DNA of 64,000 nucleotides from Octopus sinensis (GCF_006345805.1 NC_043004.1:66774001-66838000); one strand, 5' to 3'. Counted from the stretch's first letter, positions 1-12,768 are shown. Program-made: numbers and translations. The notes: generated by a model from the sequence alone, not told the origin.

Positions 1-50
1 TATATATATATATATATATATAATTATATATATATATATATATATATATA

Positions 51-215
51 CGACGGGCATCTTTCAGTTTTCCGTCGACCAAATCCACTCACAAGGCTTT
101 GGTCGACCCGAGGCTAAAGTAGAAGACACTTGCCCAAGGTGTCACGCAGTGAGACTGAACGCGGAACCATGTGGTTGGTAAGCAAGCTACTTACCACACA
201 CCCACTCCTACGCCT
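51..215 (-). mobile_element. tRNA-derived SINE family A, 5' half
   Basis: Reverse complement of the head at 2155-2320 (TGTGTGGTAAGTAGCTTGCTTACCAACCACATGGTTCC...CCTTGGGCAAGTGTCTTC); abuts a (TA)n tract. Confidence 0.85.
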
Positions 216-396
216 ACACGCACGTACATTGTTAATATCTCGCCAAAATATACTTTGAGAACAAAACCGCTGTCCAACAACTATACATCACAGCAGTGTT
301 GCCATTACTGAGGTACCACAGAAGAAATTCACGTCAGTATAGTAATGTAGAGACGGCAGCAGAATCAAAAACTAACAGCGAGAACAACAGACATAG

Positions 397-403
397 TAAT
401 AAT

Positions 404-479
<76 letters not shown>

Positions 480-490
480 TAAATAATTAT
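397..490. repeat. (TAA)n microsatellite
   Basis: Read directly. Confidence 0.95.
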
Positions 491-1924
491 ATAAAAATAA
501 GTAAAACATAAAATTGTAACGACACAAAACGGATTTTGCAATAAGTGATAGTTGATTGTTTATTTAAAGGGGACTATAACAATATGGCAAGTGCAACATG
601 TCTTCTTTCTACACGGAGAAGCACGGTAAAATAATATTTACACACCAGCCTTAACTGGTTTAGCCTACATGAGCGCTGCAATTTTCATGTCAAAGTTGAT
701 TTAATGACTGGCGATGGCAAATCGTTTGCAGTGGCTGCGATGGATGAGTTGGCGCTGGTGTTAGTATAGCGAATGTTTTAAGTGGTGGTGGAAGAGTGGT
801 GGTCGTTTTGTTATTGCTATTATTATTGGCGCTAGTGGTGCTGCCAGCACTGGCGTTGCTGGTGGTGAAGGCAATTCAGCTGCTGATCGTAATCCTCTTC
901 TTCCTATACAGTGTACTGTGTAGGTAGGTAGTTGTTTATAATTATTGTTACACGTATCTAAAACCGTACTTTTAGTAGTGTACTTTTAGTAGTGTAATTG
1001 ACAACTAGAATTCATAGAGAACTAACACAATTTTCAATGCAAATTGCTATATTCTAATTCTATCCTTATCATACCTTTTAAAACATTCAGCTGTTGCCAA
1101 CTTGCATAGAAATAGCTTCTGTTTATTTAATTTTTCCATCTTATTTTCTAGGCCATTTTTTTTTGTATTTTTTTACTGTTCATGTAGATTTTATTGTTTT
1201 AGTAATCCCTAACTTTATTGGAATGGCAGCAATATTAGAGTGACTAATTTGTCTGCGAAACACCATTCTGCCTCGTAGCTTCGTAAATTTTCCCAGCTTC
1301 GTAAATTTCCTGCTATCTTGAAACACCTGTTTAAATTTATTGCTCTGAAAGCTAATTAGGAGCGAACGCTATCTCACCATCATTTCACCTTCATTTGTGC
1401 CAGCTCATTCCAAGAAATAGATCAAAATGTAAGACTACACCGTAAACTTCTAATCTCTCTCTGTCTAAAATCAAGATGACATCCTACGAACGCTTAAATT
1501 AACTAAGATATCGTTGAAGGGCCTGAAGCAATGAAGAAATGTTTATGTGCGTGATTATAAGACGAGTAAGAAAACTTGGCTGCGCATTACTGATGAAAAT
1601 AATTCAAATCTAAATGACGAGCATATCTGCATATTTACTTTTAATTAAATCAGCAAAGATGCGCCAAAACACAAATTATAACAAAAAAAATTCCAATAAA
1701 ATTTTTAGTTGAATGGCAAATTACATGAGATATTCGGAAATTATATGGATGATACTTGGGGAATGGATATTTGTTGTCAATAAAAGAACTCACCAACGAA
1801 AGATTTAAATATTGGGAGATTCGAAGCTTGTGGATGTAAAAGGAAAAAGAAAAATATCAGCTATTCCAGTGATGTTTGAGCAAAATATGGGATAAAATTA
1901 ACAAACGATGAATTTATATTTTCT

Positions 1925-2130
1925 TTCATTCTTTTAATTTTTTTTCAGTAATTTGACTGCGGCCATGCTGGATTACCGCCTTTTAGTAGAACAAATCGAC
2001 CACAGGTCTTATTCTTTGTAAGCCTAGCACTTATTTTATCGGTCTCTTTCGCGGAACCTCAAAGTTATTGGCACATACTCACCAACATCGGTTGTCAAGC
2101 GACGGTGTGGGAACAATCACAAACACACAC
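1925..2130 (-). mobile_element. SINE family A, 3' half
   Basis: Matches the reverse complement of 24530-24735 (GACTGCGGCCATGCTGG...CAACATCGGTTGTCAAGCG). Confidence 0.85.
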
Positions 2131-2154
2131 ACATAAATATATATATATATATAT

Positions 2155-2320
2155 AGGCGTAGGAGTGGCTGTGTGGTAAGTAGCTTGCTTACCAACCACA
2201 TGGTTCCGGGTTTAGTCCCACTGCATTGTACCTTGGACGAGTGTATTCTACTATAGCCTTGGGCCGACCAAAGCCTTGTGAGTGGATTTGGTAGACGGAA
2301 ACTAAAAGAACCCGTCGTTA
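2155..2320 (+). mobile_element. SINE family A, 5' half
   Basis: AGGCGTAGGAGTGGCTGTGTGGTAAG head with A/B-box-like motifs; many copies in the window. Confidence 0.85.
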
Positions 2321-2339
2321 TAATGTGTATATATATATC

Positions 2340-2370
<31 letters not shown>

Positions 2371-2377
2371 TATAATA

Positions 2378-2800
2378 TGTATATTGGCAGGGCTGGCCTG
2401 CTAGGTAGCCGCCAGAATGCTAGAAGAAGATCATCAACGATCAAACTACAAGGGAAGATATTTCAAATTTTATTCCCGATGTAATCAGTAAGACTAAGCA
2501 CGTGTCTGTCTTGACACAAGAAGCTGGGGTTAGTCTTCCAGTTTGCATCTCGAGGACCGAATGTACTGATGAAGTCACGGACACTTGAATTATGCAAGTA
2601 ATTCTTTTGTTAAGACCGAAACCGAGGTATGCATTTAAGTCTGTTTTTTATTTAATTTTTCATATGTTCCTGCCGCCAAATTTGGTTCTGGTGTTCGCTG
2701 AATTCTTCCTCTAGAGAATTTCCCTTGTAGTTTGATCGTTGATGATCTTCTTCTAGGCATTCTGGCCGGCTACCTAGCAGGCCAGCCCTGCCAATATACA
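2378..2800 (+). mobile_element. Fold-back non-autonomous element (~80-bp inverted arms) enclosing a hammerhead; probably Penelope-like (PLE) derived
   Basis: Arms 2378-2456 and 2720-2800 are near-perfect reverse complements; begins at a (TA)n tract. Confidence 0.75.
2559..2636 (+). ncRNA. Type I hammerhead ribozyme
   Basis: AATGTA-CTGATGA-aGTC...GACc-GAAACC-GA-GGTA-TGCATT: stems I, II and III all pair; predicted cut after GUA (2629). Confidence 0.85.
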
Positions 2801-2897
2801 CATATATTGAATTTCCTCTGACTCCTCAGATTTTTTGAATGCTGGACTACTGGTTTAAAATTTATTTAAAATTAATATTAATTTATCTCCCTCAATT

Positions 2898-4011
2898 TTT
2901 TATTTTTAATTCTCTCGCAGGAAGGCCCATTGGATGAGTGTTCTGTATGCCTTCAAACTGCCTGACTCCTCTAGCGACAGCTGATGACGGGGGTTTTGTC
3001 CTTGTGTAACCTGTCGGTATTTGGTTTTCGTTTTCCGTTTTCTTGTTTTTGTTTTTTTCTGTTTCTACGTCTTATTGTGATGTCCTGTACTTCCGTATAA
3101 TTATTTTATATATGCATGTATATATACATGTAATGTAGGTACGTACATATATGTTTGTATGTATGCATATATTTTTATTTATCTCCTTATTGTCTGACAG
3201 CGCCCGCGCATCAGGTTCGTTCCGATTCGTCGTTTCGATCCACTTCTTGGTCCCTTTTTTTATATTAATATTATTATATTGAAGATGCGGTACTCTCTCC
3301 CTTTGCTTTAACCTCTTCAATCTTTCTCCCTCCCCCTCCTCCTCTCTCTTCGCGCGTGTCCCCCTCCTCCTTCCCTCTTCCTTGCCTATAAAACAAATTC
3401 CTTTACACGTGGTTACCACTATTGAAAAGACTGCCTCCACGCGCTGCTACTACACTTTCGTCCTTGCCAGCAAAAGGCTTCTTCGTTCGTCCCCTTGTGT
3501 GGTTAATTTCCTGTATAGTATCCTTGTTATTTTCTCGTTTTGTAACTAATTGTACTTTTTGTACATGTATTTTATTTTTGCAGTTTTATTGTTTGTCTAT
3601 GCCAGAAAAAGGCTTTTTTCGTTCGTCCTCTTGTGTTTGTTTTTGTACATGTATTTTAATTTTGCAGTCTTATTGTTACGTCTTGTTTGTGTTCGTACTC
3701 ATTGTGCCCGCTGCTTGAAATTTTATTTTAATTCTCTCGCAGGAAGGCCTATTGGATTAGTGTTCTGTTTATGCCTTCGAACATGCCTGACTCCTCTAGC
3801 GACAGCTGATGACGGGGGTTTGTCCTTGTGTAACCTGTCCTGTATTTGGTTTTCGTTTTCCGTTTTCTTGTTTTGTTGTTTTTTCTGTTTCTACGTCTTA
3901 TTGTGATGTCCTGTACTTCCGTATAATTATTTATTATGCATGTATATATACATGTAGATGTAGTACGTACATATATGTTTGTATGTATGCATATATTTTT
4001 ATTTATCTCCT
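2898..4011 (+). mobile_element. LTR-retrozyme-like unit: two ~290-bp direct repeats (2898-3187, 3721-4011) around a ~530-bp non-coding core
   Basis: The repeats align throughout and each contains GACAG-CTGATGA; no credible ORF; ends in (TA)n. Confidence 0.7.
3760..3818 (+). ncRNA. Candidate non-circularly permuted hammerhead (sister copy at 2938-2993)
   Basis: Order GTGT-T-CTGTT / CCTTC-GAA-CAT / GACAG-CTGATGA-cGGGGG; stems I and II pair, but one A of GAAA is missing. Confidence 0.4.
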
Positions 4012-4088
4012 ATATATTAATATATATATATATATAATATATATATATATATATAGATTGATAGATTACATACACACATATATATGTA

Positions 4089-4134
<46 letters not shown>

Positions 4135-4902
4135 TCACAATGTGTGTATATAATGTTTGTATTATATATCTTTTCATGTATGTATACAAATGTGATTGTC
4201 GTGTTTTAAAGTCAGATAACCGTTTAAAAAATAACAGTAAATGAATTATTATACGCAACTGTGTAAGTTATTCATGAAATAATGCTTTTTCACGTGTCAA
4301 TGGCGTAAAATATGCTGACATATAGGTTACAGATGATAATCTTATATATTAAGATAGTTACCAATAAATAGAATAAAGAGGTGAATGTCAGAAAGTGTAA
4401 ATCACTGACGAAATGCATTTCTGGGATTTCGATAAGTTCTTTTATTTCCTCGTTGCATTGCTGTTAACAATGTATTCAAAGTTACTAAGTATGATCGTTG
4501 TCGCTAAGATTGTATGAGCGTTTCGTATAGAATCTCTCATACAATTGTAGAGACTTAATCTAATATATGCGACATTTTACTCGTTTACCCATTTGTTAAC
4601 TGTCAAATAAACGTAACTCTGGATTGTTTTCTTTTTCTTTTTATTTTTTAGTAAAGCTTCACATTTTTGGATAAATAGAAATATATTCGGTAAATTTGTG
4701 GAGAACTTAAATGGAAAAGAAACAAGTTATTTTACAACTAGAAAAAATATTCCACTTCACATTATATATGTATATATATACATATATAATGTATATATGA
4801 TGTATATATAATGTATATAATGTATATATTCTGAGTTACTTTTAAACAAACTGAATGTAACACGTATTCACGTAATTTTGTCGTAGAACAAGTTAACACG
4901 GT

Positions 4903-4990
<88 letters not shown>

Positions 4991-5060
4991 ATTACTACTA
5001 CTACTATTACTACTACTACTACTACTACTACTACGACGACGGCGACGACAATAACGATAA
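4903..5060. repeat. Compound trinucleotide tract (TAC)n(TGC)n(TAC)n(GAC)n
   Basis: Read directly. Confidence 0.95.
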
Positions 5061-5189
5061 TGAAAATGATAATAATAGTAACAATGATTTCTTTATTAAC
5101 CACAACGGTATACCTTAAGAAAAACAAAGAATATATTGTGTGTGTAAACAAGTAAACAAGACTAACAAAATTATATACAAAAAATAAAC

Positions 5190-6235
5190 GATTTGAAACT
5201 TCAATAGGAAGGAGAGCTGCTCATGGAAAAACCCCATAAAAGTCCCTGGGTGCCATGACTTACGGAGAGGTGCCAGTTTTGCTTTCCTTTTTATCCAGCT
5301 ACATGCGTATGCTCAGGTCAGGCCAGTTCACTGGCACCATTCTGGCCACTTTCATCCACCTTTCAGTAAACTGGCTGGAAGACAACACCTCCTTCTCTAG
5401 CCTTAATTGTCTTTCAATCTGGCCCGAATGTTCCCTGGAAATGAGCAGCTAACTGATCATCAACGCCCAAGGTCTCTCCAAGAACGTGATCACAATTTTC
5501 CTCCGCTAATTCTCTATAAAAGGCTAAAGTGGACGCTCCGCCTGTCGTAGTGACTGACTGGCTGAGTACTGTGAGGGCTTCAAGACATTCCTTTTTCCAA
5601 ATGCTCCCTCTCGATCTCTGTTTTACCTAGAGCTGCAGTTCTGCTAAAGAAACTAGCTGCGGAAATACGTCTCTGGTGAACGGCGACCACACCTGTTCAC
5701 TGTCAAAGGAACACTGGAGATGCCGTGGCCTCAACGCATGTCTACGCATCCCCAACCACGGCATATTTGATCACCACGCAGTGGGTGTTGACAGCAGACA
5801 GACCACCTGATCATCTTCCACAAAAAGCGGAAATGTATACACTCCAGCGTCATTAGACGGTGCCCGGGAAAAGGCACGACGGTCCAGTGATAGTAGATGA
5901 CGAACGCGATATACGCGTTAGCCACCTCTGCTATGCCTTTCTGGGATAGCTTTCGCTCGATCCATTTCTAGTCCGGTTCGAATCAGACCCCCAACAATTT
6001 AACTGGTCCATCCTTCCAGCGCCCAATGATACTGTTGGATGGCATGTACTTACTTCTCCAGGTATCGAGCCGCAGGCCTACTGATTTTTAATGGTTAATC
6101 GACGCTCTTGAAGCTGCCTCGTAGTGCCTGAGAGCGGTGTTTGTGATCCGATAGCACACGAATCTTCCCTAACCAAGGTCATGACAATAAAAGCCTCTAG
6201 TATGTGTAGACGTGGCTTGAGATTCAGTACATACA
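5190..6235 (-). mobile_element. Degraded Tx1/L1-clade LINE ORF2 fragment
   Basis: Minus strand reads KSVGLRLDTW...RWKDGPVKLLGV*FEPD...RKLSQKGIAEVANAYIAFVIYYH, typical of the RT thumb region of Tx1-like elements; stops and frameshifts present. Confidence 0.75.
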
Positions 6236-6259
6236 AGAGAGACGAGAAGAGGAAACTTA

Positions 6260-6652
6260 CTAAAGGCACAAAGCATGAATTTGTGGGGAGGGGACTAATC
6301 GATTAAATCGACCTCGGAGAAATTTGAACACAGAACGTAGCGACGGGCAAACTGTCCCTAAGCATTTCCTTCAGCGCTCTAACGTTTCTTCCAGCTCGCC
6401 GCTTTAGTAACAATAACAATATTAACAATGATTATAATGGTTTCATATTTTTCCACACGGGCAGCAATTTGGAGAAAGGAGATGAGTCAATTACATTGAC
6501 ACCAGTGTCCAACTCGTACTTATTTTATCGACCCTGAAAGGATGAAATGTAAAGTCGACCTCAGTGGAATTTGAACTCGGAACGTAGCGACGGGCGAAAT
6601 ACCGCTAAGCACTAAGTCCCGTATGCTAACGATTTAGCCAGTTCGCCGCCTT
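6260..6652 (-). mobile_element. Two tandem copies of SINE family C (6260-6405, 6440-6652)
   Basis: Head AGGCGGCGA(G/A)CTGG...CGTTAG...GAGTTCAAATTCC...GAGGTCGACTTT; further copies at 8690-8780, 21870-22100 and 40930-41135. Confidence 0.8.
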
Positions 6653-6690
<38 letters not shown>

Positions 6691-6696
6691 TGATGA

Positions 6697-6741
<45 letters not shown>

Positions 6742-6772
6742 GTGGTGGTTTTGGTGGTGGTGGTGGTGGTGG

Positions 6773-6826
<54 letters not shown>

Positions 6827-6881
6827 CGATGATGACGATGATGATGATGATGATGATGCTGATGATGATGATGATGATGAC

Positions 6882-6912
<31 letters not shown>

Positions 6913-6922
6913 CTGATGATGA
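6653..6922. repeat. (TAA)n(TGA)n(TGG)n(TGA)n compound microsatellite
   Basis: Read directly. Confidence 0.95.
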
Positions 6923-7530
6923 TGTAACTGAGGGAGAAAATGTAACTATGTTTTGGGTTTTCCCAGTATGTACAGACCGGAACATCAAAGCAAATAAACC
7001 AGATGTTGTAGTGAATAAGCAAAACAATAAAGTCTGCTTCTTGATTGACATGAGCATAGTCTATGGCAATAATATCTCGGCAAATGAATTTGATAAATAT
7101 AAAGATTTGCTAATCGAAATCGGAAAGATGTGGTTACAGAAAGACGGTTCCAGTACCAGTGATTGTAGGAGCACTTGGAACGATCAAAAGTGAAACTGAA
7201 AATTATTTAAGAAGGATCCCTGGCTTCACCATCTTAGCGGGAGGTGCAAAAGATTGTATTAACTGGTAACTGGTAACACGTATTGAGAAGAGTCACGTCA
7301 CTGTGAATGTTCCTTCCTTTCTCCATCCTTTCTTTTATTTATTTACTTTTTTATATTTATCTTTTTTCTTTCTCTCTCTCTCTCTCTCTCTCTCTGTCTT
7401 CCCCTTTTTTGATTGTAAATGAACAATCTGGTGTATTTATTTTAATGGCTTACCAATGTATACAGTACGTTTCTCTGCCCTAGGTGTCAGGAAGACACTC
7501 GGCAAAAATAGAAACAGAATTGAAAGATGC
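6923..7530 (+). mobile_element. 5'-truncated R4/Dong-like (RLE) non-LTR retrotransposon: endonuclease plus 3' UTR
   Basis: FWVFPVCTDRNIKANKPDVVV...CFLIDMSI...KYKDLLIEI then VPVIVGALGTI and EVQKIVLTG give a PD-(D/E)xK restriction-like endonuclease; flanked by TGA/TAA tracts. Confidence 0.85.
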
Positions 7531-7603
7531 TAATGAAAATAATAATGATATCATGATAATAATAACATTAATAATAATAATAATGATGATAATAATAATA
7601 ATA

Positions 7604-7722
<119 letters not shown>

Positions 7723-7749
7723 AATAATAATTAATAATAATAATATAAT

Positions 7750-7995
7750 AGCAAGAAGTGCAAAAGATTGTCTTAACTGGTACAACCATCCCTGCAAGAA
7801 GTGCAAAAGATTGTCTTAACTGGTACATCACACGTATTGAGAAGAGCATTGTCGATGTGAGAACTGTTGCTGCTCATGAACGAACTATTGAGTTTGGTTT
7901 AATGGCCTACCAATGTATACTATGAGTTTCTTTGCCCTAGGAGTCGGGAAGACACTCGGCAAGAAATGGAAGCAAATTTGAAAGAAGAAAAAAAA
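7750..7995 (+). mobile_element. Second R4/Dong-like 3' end
   Basis: LQEVQKIVLTGTSHVLRRALSM* with the same 3' UTR (GCCCTAGG...GGGAAGACACTCGGC) as 7430-7530. Confidence 0.8.
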
Positions 7996-8019
7996 GTATA
8001 ATATTAATAATAATAATGA

Positions 8020-8180
8020 TAAATTGGAAATTGCTCTACTAGGCACTGCACACATCTTACGCAGAACACTTTCCATACAATAACCATCAGAGCATCACAA
8101 CAAATCACAGCACATCCCCAAGGCACACAGAGCTGCGCTCGGTAGTGAAGTGAAAGCACGCTATAAAAATAAAACTACTG
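8020..8180 (+). mobile_element. Third RLE-type LINE 3' end (different subfamily)
   Basis: IALLGTAHILRRTLSIQ* then a short UTR, embedded in (TAA)n. Confidence 0.75.
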
Positions 8181-8238
8181 AATGATAATAATATAATAAT
8201 AATAATAATATAATAATAATATAATAATAATAGTAATA

Positions 8239-8283
<45 letters not shown>

Positions 8284-8285
<2 letters not shown>

Positions 8286-8495
8286 GACCACTTGACCTGA
8301 AGAAAATTCTAGGTGGACCCCACCCGCAAGATCATGCATGTTTATCTTGATATGAGATCACCATGTCGACCACATATATGGTTGTGATGTTGTGACTTGT
8401 CTACCCTTATCAGACGGTAGTTATAATGGGTATACTGGGCTTCGTATATTTTAGCCCATTGTCACTTTGATGGCATGCACTTCTCTCTCACTCAA
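8284..8495 (+). mobile_element. Probable retroelement 3' UTR fragment in (TAA)n
   Basis: Complex-sequence block bounded by TAA tracts like its neighbours; no coding motif seen. Confidence 0.4.
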
Positions 8496-9498
8496 CAACA
8501 ATAATAATAATTGTTCTTCACTGACGGAAATAATAATAGATCTTAATTGATTGGAAGTGTTATCATGTGCATTGTTTTGTCTTGGTATAAAGAATGGGCT
8601 ACAGCAAATATTCTGCTCAATGCCAAAGATTTGCTTGTCATTTGTTTGATCATAACCTGTTGAGCTTATCCCATGGTTGCTGAAGATGTTGGCGGAATTT
8701 GAACTCACAACGTGAAAACGGACGAAATACCGTTAACCATTTCGTCCAGTGTGCTAACGATTCTGCCAGCTCGCTGCTTTAATACTAATAATAATGGTTT
8801 CAAATGTTCCCACAGGGCTCCTACTGAGGGGCAACTTCATTCTCTACCATACTGTTTGCACTTCGGTACACCCCTTGCTGCCTGGGGTGAAGGCCCAGAC
8901 AGGCAGTCTGGTGAAGACAATTTCAAATGCCTTGCCCCTGGTGTAAATGCGTTTTGTTCTAAACTGATCACTCGAAGTCGACGAACGACGGACTGTCGAC
9001 GACAACGAAGATATTACTAAAAGATTTGGTTCCATATAAATTAACAACAGAAAGGTGACCATCAGTATGTACCAGCGGTTCTTCATAATCAGAAAGATCA
9101 ACGAAGTTTGTCGTCAGTATAGCACATGGATTATTAAGATCTCGAATGAAGGAATTTATTAGTTTTATTTCGAAATAAGTCCGATGTATTCTTGTCGTTG
9201 CTCATCCTGTTGTTTGTCCTTTTGCTCTTTTTTTCGTATTTATGATTGATGGTTTGTTGTTATTAATGTATTTCTTTATCCTAAATTGAACTTTCTTAAA
9301 ACGGTCTACCAATATCAATCGTGTCGATATTCTAGACGAAGTAACAGATCTACAACTTCCAGTGTCCTCTGTATATTCTCTGACATGAGTTGGTGTGCTT
9401 TCATGGAAAAGTAGGTTGCTTTTTATTGCATTCCCTCTCTCTTAGTTGCGTCCTTGGTAATTACTAATTACGATGATTTTCAAAATATACTACTCATA

Positions 9499-9886
9499 TC
9501 TATTATATAAAATCCGTTCTGTCTGACCGTGTGTATGCCTTCTAGGATCTCGAGCATCCTCCATCCGACTGCGCTCAAATTTCATATGTATTTCATACAT
9601 ATGACGGTATCAGGGCGTGTATAAATCTTGAAAATATTACAGAAATCGATTCCAGGTGAGAATGCAATCTATAAAGACGTGGGAACGTGCATTTGTACAA
9701 TCGTTTTTCTTGGAATAGAAAAAAGTCTATCTTTATTTCTTCTTTTGCTGGTGTCTCAAATTTAGGTTAAATCAATGTTTCTCAAAGGGAGTCCTATGGG
9801 ACGGTCAGACAAGTTGTTTTGAGAAAAATTGGTTTAAATGTTTCACAACACAGCATCGTCCATTGGACGGGGTGGGGGGTTGCTCG
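9499..9886 (+). mobile_element. Non-autonomous Helitron-like element
   Basis: Starts A|TC-TATTATATAAAA; ends with hairpin CGTCCATTGGACG shortly before CTCG|T (degenerate CTAG); no TSD. Confidence 0.55.
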
Positions 9887-10273
9887 TAATATATATGTAA
9901 CCGTAAAACTCAATACAATTGAATGAGATACGATAGACTACATTTGCTTTAAGAAATGTAAGCTGTATTTCAGAAACTCAAGGCCTATTCCTATAGCAAA
10001 TGAACGAAAGTATGAATGAATTTCTGTAAAACATTATATACTGCAGATGTAGGAGAATTTTGAATCATGTCATCTTTCAAAAGACATGAGCATTATATTT
10101 TCAAGAATAAAACTCATAAGCGATTATAGCACTAATAAAATCGTCAGTACATAGAGTTTGTTTAGATATATCAAATAATATCGAATACATATTGAAATAT
10201 AGGTATGTTTTTTAAATACATTTAGACTTCCACCCTCCCATCTAAAACATACACGCACACGCACATATATATA

Positions 10274-10331
<58 letters not shown>

Positions 10332-10397
10332 GTAGTAAAGCATATATAACTGTTTGCGTAACTAGCACAATAATATCATTGGAACATAATACTAATT

Positions 10398-10430
<33 letters not shown>

Positions 10431-11041
10431 TCAATGCACGTCATAATGATTGTATTGACAATGCGGTAATATAACGTCAATAAAAATATTAATATCATTT
10501 AAGTCTGTACATATCCAAAGCGCTTTGTAATAAATGATAAAACGTATATCAATAGAGAGCTCTCAATTACTGGAGGGAGGTAAGTGTGCTGTGCTGCATG
10601 GAATAAAGTAGAATAGTATTTCTTTATTTTTTCTCTTCTATTATATTTTCTTTGCTTATTTGTATAAATGCAGTATGCAAACTTTTAATATATAATACGT
10701 ACATATACATGCATATATATATATTATATATATATATATATTATATATATATATATATATATACACACATGCATGCATGCATTTATATATATATATATAT
10801 ATATATAATATAATATAATAATGTATTATATTATATTGCATGTATCATTTTCAAAGAAATATTTCAAACATAAATTTGTTTCAGAGACTCTTGGCAAATG
10901 AAATAATGCACACATACACCACACGTACTCGCACGCACACCCACAGACATACATACACACACACAGACACACACGCACACACACACACACACAGAGGCAC
11001 ATGGATATATATCTGTATCTATATATCTATATATCTATATC

Positions 11042-11075
<34 letters not shown>

Positions 11076-11224
11076 TAATAAAAAGAATTCCAACCTTGTC
11101 TGATTTTCACGTTTTATTTACAATCTTATAATGATATATTATAAGATAATATTATAATTGAATCATGTAGTAGTGTTGACAGTCATGCTTCACAATTTTG
11201 ACTGTAGCAAGATGATTGATTCTG

Positions 11225-11345
11225 TGCTATAAATACAGCTGGGTAGGCTCCAGAGTGCTAGGTTTTGCAAACTGTATTCTGACCAATCAGTGTGTAGTAT
11301 CACTCAATTACTTAAGCTGATTGGTTGGTTGAGCTGATTGGTTTA
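11225..11345 (-). promoter_or_regulatory. Candidate pLTR promoter (CCAAT boxes + TATA-like)
   Basis: Minus strand has two CCAATCAGC boxes and an inverted CCAAT followed by TATTTATAG, downstream of the PLE ORF. Confidence 0.35.
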
Positions 11346-11668
11346 GGCATCACGCTTTGTTGGACATGTCAAGAGTCCTGTATCTTGACCCTGGCCGAAG
11401 CAGCAATTGTTGGGTTATTTAGAAATGTTGTAAATATCCTTTGTCAGAGATTTTTATATTTTTTATTTCAATTGTCATCATCATCATTGTCAGCACCTTA
11501 ATTATTGTTGCTAGTGGTGATGGTGGTGGCAATAGAACTTTTAACCCTAAATAAGATAATTTTCCTGCTATCTTCGTCTTGATCACCTTTAGTATTGTTG
11601 TTGTTGTTAGTGGTCATGGTCGTAGCAGTGGAAGTAATACCTCTAAGTATTATTATTATTATTATTGC

Positions 11669-12768
11669 TTATTTAGCTGGGTTCGAATTTATCAATAAAA
11701 TTCTTTTCTCTGATTTTCCTCTCGATTTCACTTGGGCTGTGTAATTGTAGAATGGAAATATTATATATATTTTCCGACCACATGTTGCTAGGTGGTTACT
11801 CAAAGGTATCTGACGGACCTCTGGGTCTCTAATCTGTTGCCGGTGTACACGTGAGCGTTCTAATAGTGCGTTCCCGTCTGACCTACATATATTTCTTCAC
11901 AATTTGGCATTTGATGCAGTAAATTAAATTTCTGCTTTTGCAGTTCATATTCGCGTTTGTGAATATTTTCCCGGTTTTTGTGTTTATATATTGACCGGTA
12001 TGTATGAATTGGCATGTGCCACATCGGCTATCATTGCATTTAGATACCGTGAATGTTTGGTCTTTGTTGCTGAGGTCAAATTTTGCCTTTGTTAGTAATG
12101 TTTTCAAGTTTTTAGGCTGTCTTTTACTAAGCACCATAGCTCGATCCGTGATTATGTCTTTTAATTCATTACTTTGGGCAATGATTGGTAGGTTTGCTTT
12201 GGCAATGTTGAAGATATTCTGGTGACATGGGTTGTGTGTCACTATGAATGGTATGACTTGTTCTTGTTTTCCTCTTCCTTGGTTGTCCTAAGTTGTTGTA
12301 TAGGTATTTTTATAGCCCGCTGTATGCCATTTTCTATAAGTAGAGATGGGTATTTTTGTTTGAGCAAAAATTCTCTTAGTTCTATTAGGCGCGTTTGTTC
12401 CTGATATTTGCATCTTCTACAATAGTACAAATTCTTCTGGCTAGGCAGTATGGGATGTTACGTTTTGTATGTGGTGGATGGCACGACTTAAAATTTAGGT
12501 ATTGATGTGTGTCTGTGTGTTTATAGTATATATCTGTGGTGATGGTGGTGTCTTTTTTAATTACCATTATATCCAGGAATGGTAATTTGGTACTACTCAT
12601 CTCCTTTGTAAATTGGAGAGATGGGTGTAGGTTGTTCAGGAGGATATTGAACTCTCCAGAGTATTTAGAGATTCTGTCCAGATTATGAAACAGTCGTCTA
12701 GGTATCTCTTCCATGCCTTTTCAATATACTTTCTAAACCCAGTGCCATAGTTTACCTCCACCTCTTGG

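Noticed and set aside
4509-4546. Hairpin ATTGTATGAG/CTCATACAAT with GAAAC on the minus strand
   Set aside because: No CUGANGA core; a plain 10-bp inverted repeat
6687-7193. 168-aa poly-Asp ORF fused to a nuclease domain
   Set aside because: A (TGA)n tract happens to be in frame with a truncated, frameshifted LINE endonuclease; not a gene
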